Shown here: piece by piece, positions 20,231 to 31,801 of the stretch
How positions within the stretch are numbered: position 1 is the first letter of the stretch
Layout: the number at the start of each line of letters is the position of its first letter
DNA from: Acidobacteriota bacterium
GTDB lineage: Bacteria; Acidobacteriota; Terriglobia; 2-12-FULL-54-10
Assembly (NCBI GenBank): GCA_016191085.1
Contig: JACPPJ010000030.1
Location: forward strand, 66,789-130,788
Length of the DNA stretch: 64,000 bases
Direction: 5' to 3'
Translations under genes and position numbers: made by a program
The notes under the pieces: model-generated
The model's database searches: none
Told to the model about the DNA's origin: nothing
The model's input: the letters and a program-made list of their open reading frames with translations, nothing else

Positions 20231-20665
20231 ATAACTCCCGCTTGCCAATCGTGGCTGGTTGCCCGTTTGAAAGCGTGTGTGACGTCCGCAAATACTAAAA
20301 GAATCAGGCTGCTTCTTCAAGCGCACTCCCTTGTCCGAGATAGTCAGTTTCTGAGCCTCCCGACCCAATTGGTAGTAAGTTGCACCGCGTCGTCCGCTGA
20401 GCTGAACTGTCGTGATGACCCAGTAGGAATACACTTCACCATCCACAAACGGGGCACCGACTCACCCGGTGGGCCAGTAGTCACGGAGCCTCATTTGGTA
20501 CCATGTTAGATGGTGTAGATAAAGGGGAATATATCAGTTATCATAACGGCCAGATTAAGAGATGTTTCGCGTACGGCGCGCCATGCACTCGCGCCACCGG
20601 TCAGGCGGCAACGTTGCGGCATGTGCTCGCCAGGACTATAATTGAGCTAGTGTGAATGCGTTCCT

Positions 20666-21949
20666 ATGCCGGAAGTCCCCGATTTTTTCGCCTCCAAGGC
20701 TAAGGACAGCAGTTCCGACGAGTTGATCCGATGGCATACGGTTACATACCGCACGGTGGCCGTTTGGCTAATCATCGTAATGGCCGTCGTGGGCACGCTG
20801 CTCACTATTCTTTACCCGCAATGGTGGAGAGTGCTGCTCAATACAGTTTCGGGCAAGCCCGCGGCTGCCACGCATACCGCGGGCGATGCGGCTCGCAAAG
20901 CCCGGTTTACAAACCTTGAAGGAAGCGTCCGAGTCAGGAAAGCGAATCAGGTGCAGTGGACAGCGGCTACCGTTTCGATGGATCTGGAACAAGGTGATAC
21001 GGTGCAGACCTTGCGCGATGGACTGGCGAGAATCGCGTTCGCCGATGGCGCGCTCTTTGTCGTGAAGCCTGACACGCTCATTGTGCTCGAAGCTGATGCT
21101 ACCCGTTCTGATGATCGCACGCTCGCGAATGTCGCCGTGCAGGTGACTTCGGGTGTGGTTGATCTGTCCACCTCGCGAGGCGCTGGAGATTCGCGCGTCC
21201 GGTTTGCGAACGCCGAAGCCCGAATTTATCAGCAAAGCCGCGCTATGGTCACGAACAACCCGGAGACGAACTTGCATCAAATCACGATCTCCAAGGGCGG
21301 CGCTCGTGTGACGCGGGGCGGAGAACAGCTAGAGCTGGGCGAGTACGAGCAGGCGTCATTTGCGGGTCCTGAAACCCGGATGGCGAAAACCAAGATCGTG
21401 GCTCCCCCCATTCTGCTGACTCCCGCCAATGCCGCGCCGGTCGTAATGTCTGGAGCTTCCTCCGTAGAGGTGGAGTTCACGTGGAGCGCGATTCGAAGCG
21501 CTGAATCCTACCGGCTTCGCATTTCTTCCTCGCCGATTTTCTCAACCATGGTTTACGACCGCCGCTTGCAGTCCACATCTGTGCGCTTGCCGTCGTTCAA
21601 GGCGGGAGACTATTACTGGTCGGTGGCTTCTCTGGGCGCTGGTAATAAGGAAAGCCAGCCCAGTGATGCCAATAAGTTTTCAGTGATCAGGCAGGACAAC
21701 GGGGGAGAAATCCTCCTGATCGCCGACAGATATATCCAGCACGGCAGAGTGATCGAGATTATTGGGCGGACCGAACCGGGCGCTACCGTGCTAGTCAATA
21801 ACGAGCCGGTATTCAATATTGCTCCGGATGGTAAGTTCAAGCACTTCACGGCGCCTCTGCCCAATATAGGGGCGAACCAAATCACTATGACCGCGCAAAA
21901 TAGAAAAGGAAAGGTGGCCACACTGCGCAAGACGATTACGATTCAGTAA
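20666..21949 (+). CDS. Membrane-anchored FecR-domain-like protein
   Basis: One TM helix, then a FecR-like beta region (LEGSVRVRKANQVQW...GDTVQTLRDGLARIAFADGALFVVKPDT). Confidence 0.55.
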   Translation: MPEVPDFFASKAKDSSSDELIRWHTVTYRTVAVWLIIVMAVVGTLLTILYPQWWRVLLNTVSGKPAAATHTAGDAARKARFTNLEGSVRVRKANQVQWTAATVSMDLEQGDTVQTLRDGLARIAFADGALFVVKPDTLIVLEADATRSDDRTLANVAVQVTSGVVDLSTSRGAGDSRVRFANAEARIYQQSRAMVTNNPETNLHQITISKGGARVTRGGEQLELGEYEQASFAGPETRMAKTKIVAPPILLTPANAAPVVMSGASSVEVEFTWSAIRSAESYRLRISSSPIFSTMVYDRRLQSTSVRLPSFKAGDYYWSVASLGAGNKESQPSDANKFSVIRQDNGGEILLIADRYIQHGRVIEIIGRTEPGATVLVNNEPVFNIAPDGKFKHFTAPLPNIGANQITMTAQNRKGKVATLRKTITIQ

Positions 21950-24135
<2,186 letters not shown>

Positions 24136-24152
24136 CGAGTTGTCGGACTACT

Positions 24153-24455
24153 CTATACGATCCGATATACTTCCAGCATCAATCTCTGCAACTTCGGCTT
24201 ATAGATTAGATCGTAAGCAAGTTCTTTGTCAGGGAACAGATTCAGGGCTGCCCGCTTCGTTGAGGCAACCAGTTCGGAGGCCTCCTCTACAGGGAGATTC
24301 CCTTGGCTGATGACGTTCATCACCAAATTGACCATCAACTGCAGTCGGCGAATTTTCTTGTTTTCTTCGAGTATTTCCCGCTCGGTTGGCTTTTCCTTCA
24401 CTGGTTTAACCCCTTCCCAGTGCACGCCAGAATTGATCTGCGCTAATTTTAACAT
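24153..24455 (-). CDS. Hypothetical small protein (100 aa)
   Basis: ORF that is visibly lower in GC than its flanks. No family recognised. Confidence 0.4.
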   Translation of the reverse strand: MLKLAQINSGVHWEGVKPVKEKPTEREILEENKKIRRLQLMVNLVMNVISQGNLPVEEASELVASTKRAALNLFPDKELAYDLIYKPKLQRLMLEVYRIV

Positions 24456-24528
24456 ACGGTAGCCGCGCGCCCGTAGCGGCGTTCTGCCGCGTCACCCCAT
24501 GGCTACTCCGACCAAATGGCCGTGCATT

Positions 24529-27138
24529 TTACCATACACGGAAGGCGGGCCACGGGCGGACCGTGTCGCGGAAACGGGAGAACTCCACGCGGTTGCCATC
24601 TGTTGAGGCAGTGACGCTGCCGTCGAGATCCGTACGGTAGGTTTGCACGCCGACACCGCTGAGCGCATCCAGAACTTCAGCATTGGGGTGGCCGAAACGG
24701 CCGTAGGGGCCCACGCTGATAATGCCGAAGCGCGGCGCCACGCGGTTCAAGAAAGCGGCCGTTGTGGAAGTTTTGCTGCCATGATGGCCGACCTTCAGCA
24801 CGTCGCTTGCGAGCGGCAGTTCATCTGCTGCCATCAGTCTTTCCATGCGAGCTTCGGCGTCACCCGCGAGCAGGATGTGTCGCTTGCCGTATCCGAGCCT
24901 TACCACCAGTGAATCGTTGTTGCTGACACGCTTCGGATTCCAATCTGCCGGCGGCGACAGGAACAGCAGTTCGACACCGTCTATTACCGCCCTCTCGCCG
25001 CTGTGATGGCGCACAACTGGAATGCCGTGGCTGCGAGCTACGCTCAGCAAGCGTTCGAGGCCGGCCCCTGAAGGACCGGGCCCGAGCCACAGCTCTCCAA
25101 CCCTGAAATTCTCGATGATCTTGATTAGCCCGCGCAGATGGTCCGCATGGGCGTGCGTCAGCATGATCACATCCACCCTATTGACCCGGTGGGCCCACAG
25201 AAACGGAGAAACAATTTCCTCCCCGGTATCGAACCTTGGAGGAGGAGAACCAGGTACTGGAATCACCCCACCGCCATCTACCAACATCGTGCGGCCTTCG
25301 GGAAAGCTGATGTACAGCGAGTCGCCTTGACCTACATCGAGCGCGGTGATCTCCAGCTTTCCCGCAATGTGATCGCGTGAATACGGAGCAACTGTCAACG
25401 CAATGCACAAACTAATCAGGGCCGCCACAGGCACCCAGACCAGCCGCGAGCGCCGCAAGGCGAGCACCGCAATTGCTACCAGCACGACGAAGAAACCGTA
25501 GGTTAGCGCCTCTGGAGGCTCCGCCACCCTTCGATCCAGCCTCGGCAGTTGGGCCGACCAATGCACAATGGATTGCAGCAGCGCCACGAGTAACCCGAGC
25601 GTCCATGCACCTGCGGTCGCCAGAGGAAACCACAAAAGCGACACTAGAAGCACCACAAATCCCAAAGGTACGATGATCGAGGCGAGCGGCAGAAGCAGCA
25701 GGTTTGCCGCGATCCCTGACCACGTAACGCGGTGGAAATAGATGCTCATCACAATTGCCAATCCGGCCTGCATCAGAATGACCGCCAAAGCGGCCTCGGC
25801 AAACGCCAGGAGCCCCGAGATCGTACGAGGAAATATTCGACGCAGCACGTCGCGCAGCTTTCTTCCCAAGTCGCCAAACACGAAATCGCGTAGCACGCGT
25901 ACGTCCTGCCGGAACTGCAATTGTGTGGGTTGCAGGTGAAAGTCCCGCTCCCTTTCATCTAACGCGACCAGCGCAAAACGATAAGGAGAGATTGTCCACT
26001 CGACCAGCGGCGCGGCTATGGCCGCGATGATCAGGACAGCGGTAAATGAAAGTTGAAATCCCGAATCGAACAGATCCGAAGGATGGAAAATCAGCAATAT
26101 CAGAGCGGCGGCGGCAACGGAATTCAGCAGTGCCCGCTCGCGATAGATTAAGCGCGCGCCCAGGTAAATCGAGATCATCAGCGCCGCCCGCAGGGTCGGA
26201 ATGCGCGCGTTTGCCAGCAGTGTGTAAACGATTAAGCTGACCAGAACAATCAATGTCTGGAGCCATGACGCCAATCGGGAATACTTCAGCAGCATGAGCA
26301 GCCCAAGAGCGAGCGCTCCAGCGTGCAGCCCCGATACAACCAGCAAATGGTAAGTTCCGCTGGTCTGAAACGCCGTCAGCACGTCGGGCGGCAGCCAATT
26401 ATCGTCTCCCAGCAGCATCGCTTTCAAAATCGCCCCAGTGCTGTTCTCGGGAGGAAACATGCGGTCGAGGTTGGAATCCAAGCGGGTGCGCAGAGCGTAC
26501 ACCGCGGATAACAACGGACTGCCTTCTCGGCCGGGCAGCAGCGCGACATCTTCCGCCTTGCGCACGATGCCAGTCAGCGAGATGCCTTGGCGCCGCATGT
26601 AGCTCTCATAATCGAATGCCCCAAGTGTCTTGTAGTTGCGCGGGTGCCGGAGGTCGGGAACATTGATCGCAACTTGTGCGCCGTATGGCATCCGTAAAGA
26701 GGCCGGGCCGCTGCGTGGCTGGTAATAGTAAAACCGAATCACGCCTTGAGCGGGACCGGTGAACTGTGGCTGGCTAATGGCCGTTATTTGAAGGTCGAAG
26801 TACTCTCCCCCTGGGCGCGGGATGGACGGCGTGCGCGCCCATCCTGTGACGCGCGACGCGTGTTTCAGGTTAATGAGCCCGCTCTGTACCAGCAATTCCA
26901 CATGGCGCGACGGCAAAACGGAATGCTCCTCCGCGGCCAAAAACGCTCCGCAAAGGAAAACTCCTGCCAGAGCACAGACCAACCCATATAAACGAAAATC
27001 CATCCGCAACAGGAGGAGTGCACCAAGGAGCAGTAGAGCGATCCAAAAGAGTTCTGTCGAAGCCGAGAGGAAGATATATTGGGCCGACCAGATGCCGGCA
27101 GCGAATGTGGCGACTACGTGAAGGAGCGGGTTGCGCAT
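24529..27138 (-). CDS. comEC: DNA internalisation competence protein ComEC/Rec2
   Basis: Polytopic competence domain plus a C-terminal metallo-beta-lactamase domain (MLTHAHADHLRG ... VGHHGS). Confidence 0.85.
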   Translation of the reverse strand: MRNPLLHVVATFAAGIWSAQYIFLSASTELFWIALLLLGALLLLRMDFRLYGLVCALAGVFLCGAFLAAEEHSVLPSRHVELLVQSGLINLKHASRVTGWARTPSIPRPGGEYFDLQITAISQPQFTGPAQGVIRFYYYQPRSGPASLRMPYGAQVAINVPDLRHPRNYKTLGAFDYESYMRRQGISLTGIVRKAEDVALLPGREGSPLLSAVYALRTRLDSNLDRMFPPENSTGAILKAMLLGDDNWLPPDVLTAFQTSGTYHLLVVSGLHAGALALGLLMLLKYSRLASWLQTLIVLVSLIVYTLLANARIPTLRAALMISIYLGARLIYRERALLNSVAAAALILLIFHPSDLFDSGFQLSFTAVLIIAAIAAPLVEWTISPYRFALVALDERERDFHLQPTQLQFRQDVRVLRDFVFGDLGRKLRDVLRRIFPRTISGLLAFAEAALAVILMQAGLAIVMSIYFHRVTWSGIAANLLLLPLASIIVPLGFVVLLVSLLWFPLATAGAWTLGLLVALLQSIVHWSAQLPRLDRRVAEPPEALTYGFFVVLVAIAVLALRRSRLVWVPVAALISLCIALTVAPYSRDHIAGKLEITALDVGQGDSLYISFPEGRTMLVDGGGVIPVPGSPPPRFDTGEEIVSPFLWAHRVNRVDVIMLTHAHADHLRGLIKIIENFRVGELWLGPGPSGAGLERLLSVARSHGIPVVRHHSGERAVIDGVELLFLSPPADWNPKRVSNNDSLVVRLGYGKRHILLAGDAEARMERLMAADELPLASDVLKVGHHGSKTSTTAAFLNRVAPRFGIISVGPYGRFGHPNAEVLDALSGVGVQTYRTDLDGSVTASTDGNRVEFSRFRDTVRPWPAFRVW

Positions 27139-27151
27139 CTGTGCTAAGAGT

Positions 27152-28459
27152 TCATTCGAGGCGCTCCATCTGGACGACGGTCTCGATATGAAACGTCTGT
27201 GGAAACTGATCCATCAGGTGTACCGCCCGGATTCGGTATCCTGAGCCGGTTAGAACAGCAATATCTCGCGCCAGAGTCGTCGGATCGCAGGAAACATAAA
27301 CGAATCGCCGGGGTCGCAGCCGCACGCAATTCTCCAGCACTGTCTTGCTCAATCCCGTGCGCGGCGGGTCCACCAGTATAATGTCCCACTTCGGCAAAGC
27401 GGTGGCCAAAAATTTCTCGGCGGTCATATGATAGGCGCGTGCCTTTGCGCTGACCACTCCCACGTTTGATTCCAAGTCGCGCGCCGAAGCGGCGCTGGAC
27501 TCGACTGCGGCAACCTTCTGGAACCGGTGCGCCAGCGGCAGCGTGAACAGCCCCACGCCGGCATATAGGTCCAGCGCGCGCTCGCCTTGTAAATCTCCTA
27601 TAGCTGTGCGAATCAATTCCTCAAGCAGGAAACGGTTGATCTGGAAAAACGATTCATGTCCGATGCGGAAGTGGTACTCGCCCACGTGATAAGCCAGATA
27701 TCCGTCGCCCCACACGATCGGCTTGGGCGCGCGTGCTCTCTTTTCGTCGGGCTTCTGGATGCAGCACACCGACTGAATGGCGGGCATTGCTTCACGAAGC
27801 GCATCGCCGAAAGTTCGTGGTGCGGGGCGGTTGGAGTAAACTGTGGCAATCAGTTTCTGATCCGAGTCCGAGACGAAAAGCTCGATCTCGGCGTCGCCGT
27901 CCGGGAACAGCGCCGCGCCCAGTCCTCCGGCTAATTTCCCGATTGCGTCGTTTATCAGCGGAGAACTGATCGGACAGTGATCTATCGGGCACAGGTCATG
28001 TGTGAGTAGTTCGTAATAGCCAATCTGAAATGAGGCTTGCTGTTTCTGGGTGCGCAAGCGAGTCCGGTTGCGATACTGCCATGGTTCAGACGCGATGGCC
28101 GATATAGGCAAATCCAAATGCAGCTTCCCGACTCGTTCAAAGCTTTCCAGTAGAATCTCCTGTTTGGTAGTCAACTGCTGCGCATATCCAATATGCTGAT
28201 ACTGGCATCCACCGCAGCGCGTGAAGTATGGACATCCCGGCGCAACTCGCACCGGTGATGGCTCAATCACTTCGAGCAGGCGGGCGCGTCGCACGCCTTT
28301 GGATGGTGCCTTCGCCTCCACTCTGACTCGCTCGCCAGGCAAGACCAGCGGTACCAGAAGAACTCCTTCCGGAGTACGCGCCAATCCCTCCCCGCCATAC
28401 ACCATCTTCTCGATAGAGATGTCCAGAGAATTTGGCGTTGATTGAAATTCGTTCGCCAC
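27152..28459 (-). CDS. 23S rRNA (uracil-5)-methyltransferase RlmD/RumA family
   Basis: N-terminal TRAM-like domain, an Fe-S Cys cluster (CPYFTRCGGCQYQH), a SAM-binding fold (DLYAGVGLF) and a catalytic YVSCDP. Confidence 0.85.
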   Translation of the reverse strand: MANEFQSTPNSLDISIEKMVYGGEGLARTPEGVLLVPLVLPGERVRVEAKAPSKGVRRARLLEVIEPSPVRVAPGCPYFTRCGGCQYQHIGYAQQLTTKQEILLESFERVGKLHLDLPISAIASEPWQYRNRTRLRTQKQQASFQIGYYELLTHDLCPIDHCPISSPLINDAIGKLAGGLGAALFPDGDAEIELFVSDSDQKLIATVYSNRPAPRTFGDALREAMPAIQSVCCIQKPDEKRARAPKPIVWGDGYLAYHVGEYHFRIGHESFFQINRFLLEELIRTAIGDLQGERALDLYAGVGLFTLPLAHRFQKVAAVESSAASARDLESNVGVVSAKARAYHMTAEKFLATALPKWDIILVDPPRTGLSKTVLENCVRLRPRRFVYVSCDPTTLARDIAVLTGSGYRIRAVHLMDQFPQTFHIETVVQMERLE

Positions 28460-28516
28460 GATACGGTTCCCCGGATTTCAAAATTGTTGTCGCATTGAAT
28501 CGGTCACTGAGTACTG

Positions 28517-28553
28517 GTAGCGCAGAGTTTGCGCTTCTCAAACTCTGCGCTAC
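28517..28553. repeat. Perfect 15-bp inverted repeat (hairpin) with 7-nt loop
   Basis: GTAGCGCAGAGTTTG-cgcttct-CAAACTCTGCGCTAC, verified base by base. It lies between two co-directional minus-strand genes. No adjacent U-tract. Confidence 0.6.
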
Positions 28554-28572
28554 TCCCAGATCGATAATGCAA

Positions 28573-29268
28573 TTACAAATAGAACAGGCTCAAGCGCGCC
28601 AGGGCCGCGCGCTCCAACAGCTTTCTTTGCAAGAACTGTTTTTGGAGCGACGAGACCTGCTCGGCGGACATTTTCCCGCGTACCGGTGCGAGTTGCCGAT
28701 CCATTTCGGAGCGCATCTCCACCATTTCACGTTCATCCGTGCAGGCGAGCAGTATTGAGAATATTTTGTCTTCCAGTACATTGAGCCTGCGTTCCACATC
28801 TTCGAGGTTCACTACGGAATCGGATGCAGCCGCCGCCGCAAGCTTTCGCAAGGAGGATGCAATCTGACGGAATGTCGCGGCCGATTCCGGCCGGTTCTGG
28901 GCCTGCAATAGAACGGCCGCATTTTCCACTGCTTCGGCGTTGACGCCGAAAAATCGAGTCAGCTCCTCGCGCGGAAAGGGCTGGCCGGTCGAAGCTGTTG
29001 CCGGCTTGTTGCGCTGTCCCTCTTGCGCTGCGGCCAGAACTTCCTGCTGGCAGTACGCCAGCGAGTTTACTGCACGAACTTTGCGCTTCTTGGCGTCGTG
29101 CTTTTCGAAGGCGCGATCTATGCCCTTCAGGACAGCTTCCAGCGGTATCTGCGATTCCTTCCATGTGTCGATCAGCGCCCAGTCGAGCGTGGAGACGAAA
29201 AGTGCCGTGCCGCGTTTCTTCCAGAAATACTCCTCGATTTCTGTGAAGTAGTTGAAGTAATTTTCCAT
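28573..29268 (-). CDS. Conserved-looking hypothetical protein (231 aa)
   Basis: Protein-like ORF (MENYFNYFTEIEEYFWKKRG...). No family confidently recognised. Confidence 0.5.
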   Translation of the reverse strand: MENYFNYFTEIEEYFWKKRGTALFVSTLDWALIDTWKESQIPLEAVLKGIDRAFEKHDAKKRKVRAVNSLAYCQQEVLAAAQEGQRNKPATASTGQPFPREELTRFFGVNAEAVENAAVLLQAQNRPESAATFRQIASSLRKLAAAAASDSVVNLEDVERRLNVLEDKIFSILLACTDEREMVEMRSEMDRQLAPVRGKMSAEQVSSLQKQFLQRKLLERAALARLSLFYL

Positions 29269-29311
29269 TGAAGAATATTAGACGCCGGGGACCCGCTGGT
29301 CCGATGCGGCG

Positions 29312-30151
29312 TCACGCGCGGCGGCTTCGTTTCCGTGGTAGCGCTGTTTTGTGGCGCTCATCCCAGATCAGGCGCAAGCCGTCCAGCGTCAGGTGCTCGT
29401 CAATGTGCTGCACGAATCGGGAGCCGCTGGCGAGCAAACTCGCTTGTCCTCCCGTGGCTACCACGCGCGTTTGCGGTCCAAGCTCGCTGATGAGGCGCTC
29501 CAGAATTCCATCCAGCATCCCGAGCGAGCCGTAATAGAAACCCGATTGCAGGCAGGCGATGGTGTTAGTTCCTATCAGCTTCTCCGGTTCGCGCAGCGCC
29601 ACCATCGGAAGGCGCGCCGTTTTACTGAACAGCGCTGCGATCGAAATTCCTATACCTGCTGTGATGACGCCGCCTAAGTACTCTCCTTTGGCGGATACCA
29701 CGTCAAAGTTTACCGCCGTTCCAAAATCCACCACCACGCACGGCCCGCCATACTTGCGAAACGCGGCGAGCCCGTTTACAACCCGGTCCGCACCGACCTC
29801 GAACGGATTATCGATCTTGATGATCAGCCCTGTGCCGTTCGCCGGATTCACGAACAGCGCCTCTGTATCGAAGTAACGAGGGGCCATGGCGGCCAACGAC
29901 ACATCCAGAGAAGGCACCACGCTCGAGATGATGACGCCGTCGACGCGCCTGATATCCTGCCCGGCCAGCGCAAACAGATTGCGAAACAGAATGCCCCATT
30001 CGTCGGCGGTTTGGTCGAGCGCAGTGCGCAGACGCCAGTGTGCGGCTAGCCGTGTGCCTTCAAATGCTCCAATGGTGAGGTTCGTGTTGCCAACGTCAAC
30101 GGCCAGCAGGAGGCCATTACGTGAAGTGTTCCGCTTTTTTCTGGTCGGCAT
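29312..30151 (-). CDS. coaX: Type III pantothenate kinase
   Basis: LLLAVDVGNTNLTIGAF and VVVDFGTAVNFD ASKHA-fold motifs. Confidence 0.9.
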   Translation of the reverse strand: MPTRKKRNTSRNGLLLAVDVGNTNLTIGAFEGTRLAAHWRLRTALDQTADEWGILFRNLFALAGQDIRRVDGVIISSVVPSLDVSLAAMAPRYFDTEALFVNPANGTGLIIKIDNPFEVGADRVVNGLAAFRKYGGPCVVVDFGTAVNFDVVSAKGEYLGGVITAGIGISIAALFSKTARLPMVALREPEKLIGTNTIACLQSGFYYGSLGMLDGILERLISELGPQTRVVATGGQASLLASGSRFVQHIDEHLTLDGLRLIWDERHKTALPRKRSRRA

Positions 30152-30171
30152 GAGTTTGGTTGGAGTCCGAT

Positions 30172-30447
30172 TCAGCGTTGACTGTTATCTGAATCAAGTG
30201 CTTGTCCGTCCCCAGCTTGATTCCAAGACTTAGTGCGATCACATAATCGACAAGCGGCCCCGAACATTGTATTTAATGCCACTAGAGTCACCATCACTCC
30301 CTGAGCTAAGGGCGGGGAATTGGTTGCCCATCGCCAGACGAGCCAGCCGATCAAGTAGACGCCGTTCCAGTACACCGCCACCCGTGCCAATCGTCTGGCG
30401 AATAGTTGGCTCGATCGTACATCAAATACCGAGCGAAAAAAGCTCAA
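30172..30447 (-). CDS. Small membrane protein, hypothetical
   Basis: 91-aa ORF with two predicted hydrophobic helices, located between birA and coaX. Confidence 0.4.
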   Translation of the reverse strand: MSFFRSVFDVRSSQLFARRLARVAVYWNGVYLIGWLVWRWATNSPPLAQGVMVTLVALNTMFGAACRLCDRTKSWNQAGDGQALDSDNSQR

Positions 30448-30456
30448 CCCTCCACG

Positions 30457-31458
30457 TTACTGCGGCCTTACATGCCCGCTCAGCACGCGCTCCATTTTCC
30501 CATCGTCGCGCTGCACCAGGAGAACTCCCTCTGGCGAGAGGCCTGCGGTGACTCCGGCCAATCCATCTTTGCTGTCGATCACTTTCACACGCTTGCCGCG
30601 CGAGTAGCTGGAGATCTGGCTGAAGCGCTCCACAATGACAGCCGGTCCCTCTTTGAGCAGCCGCTCGTAATAGTGCTCCATGCGAGCCAGCACCGCGGCC
30701 AAAATTTCCACGCGCGAAAAGGTGCGCCCCGTCTCCAGGCACAGTGACGTTGCCTCGGTCGCAAGCTCCGCCGGAATAGCGGCATGGTTCACATTGATTC
30801 CGAAACCGGCGAGCACATAAGCGATACGTTCCGGCTCAGCCGTCATCTCGACTAGAATCCCGGCGCATTTCTTGTCCCGGCACATGACGTCATTCGGCCA
30901 GCGCAGGTCCATCGGCAGAGCCGTCAATTCCTGCAACGCTTCCGCGACAGCCACTCCGCAAAGCAGAGTGAGAATCGGTGCCGCAGCGGGCATGAGCGCC
31001 GGGCGCAGCACCAGCGTGAAGTAAAGCCCGACGCGTGGTTCGGACATCCACGCATGCCCCAGCCGCCCGCGCCCGGCAGTTTGCTCTTCGGCCACGATCA
31101 CGGTGCCGTGAGGAGCGCCAGCGACGGCGAGCCTGCCTGCCTCGTTCATCGTGGAATCTGTTTTATACAGATGATGAATGCGGCATCCGAACTCTCCGCG
31201 GTGCAGCCTGCGCCGGATGGTGTGAGGCGTCAAGACGTCGGGTACCTTCATCAACTGATAGCCTGTGCCCGGGACGCCGCGTATTTCAAGCCCCATACTG
31301 CGCAACCGTTCCACCCAATCCCAGAGCGTCGATTGTGGGACGTGCAGCTCAGAGCATAACTTCGTCCCGCTCAACACAACTGTGGCATGTTCCGCCAGGA
31401 GATCAATGAGGCGGTCCAGCCTTCGATCTAATGCTCTATCTGACGCCGCGTCTGGCAT
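30457..31458 (-). CDS. birA: Bifunctional biotin-[acetyl-CoA-carboxylase] ligase / biotin operon repressor
   Basis: N-terminal wHTH, the GRGRLGHAW motif and a C-terminal SH3-like domain. Confidence 0.9.
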   Translation of the reverse strand: MPDAASDRALDRRLDRLIDLLAEHATVVLSGTKLCSELHVPQSTLWDWVERLRSMGLEIRGVPGTGYQLMKVPDVLTPHTIRRRLHRGEFGCRIHHLYKTDSTMNEAGRLAVAGAPHGTVIVAEEQTAGRGRLGHAWMSEPRVGLYFTLVLRPALMPAAAPILTLLCGVAVAEALQELTALPMDLRWPNDVMCRDKKCAGILVEMTAEPERIAYVLAGFGINVNHAAIPAELATEATSLCLETGRTFSRVEILAAVLARMEHYYERLLKEGPAVIVERFSQISSYSRGKRVKVIDSKDGLAGVTAGLSPEGVLLVQRDDGKMERVLSGHVRPQ

Positions 31459-31488
31459 GTCCGCAATGGGACGTTCGTTGCCGCTGCT

Positions 31489-31795
31489 CTAATTCAAGTT
31501 CTCCAGTGTCTCCGTTACTTTTGCCTGCTGGACGGCGAGCTCGCTTTTGCGCTGGCGCAGCGAACCCACCACAGCTTCGGGAGCCTTCGCGAGAAACTGG
31601 TCATTGCCGAGTTGCCTCTCGACCGATTCCAGCTCGCGCGCGCTCGGCTTCGAGGTCCACCGCGTCCTTGGCCGAAATCTTTAACGCGAATTCCGGAAGC
31701 GAACGCAGCGCGCCACCCTCGCTTGCGAGCGGGGCAGAAGAAAACTGTCGGAACATGCCCACTAGCAGAACCGCCGCCCGCGCAAAACATACCAA
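31489..31795 (-). pseudogene. Frameshifted remnant of a ValS C-terminal (coiled-coil) domain
   Basis: Minus-strand translation gives ...LRSLPEFALKISAKDAVDLEAERAR. After a 1-nt frame change inside a (GC)n run near 31635-31643 it continues ELESVERQLGNDQFLAKAPEAVVGSLRQRKSELAVQQAKVTETLENLN*. This is homologous to the C-terminus of the adjacent intact valS. Confidence 0.7.
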
Positions 31796-31801
31796 ACCAA
31801 T

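Noticed and set aside
19934-20446. 170-aa minus-strand ORF whose N-terminal part looks mildly protein-like.
   Set aside because: It runs antisense through the whole of the canonical tatA gene. No motif is recognisable and it is most likely spurious.
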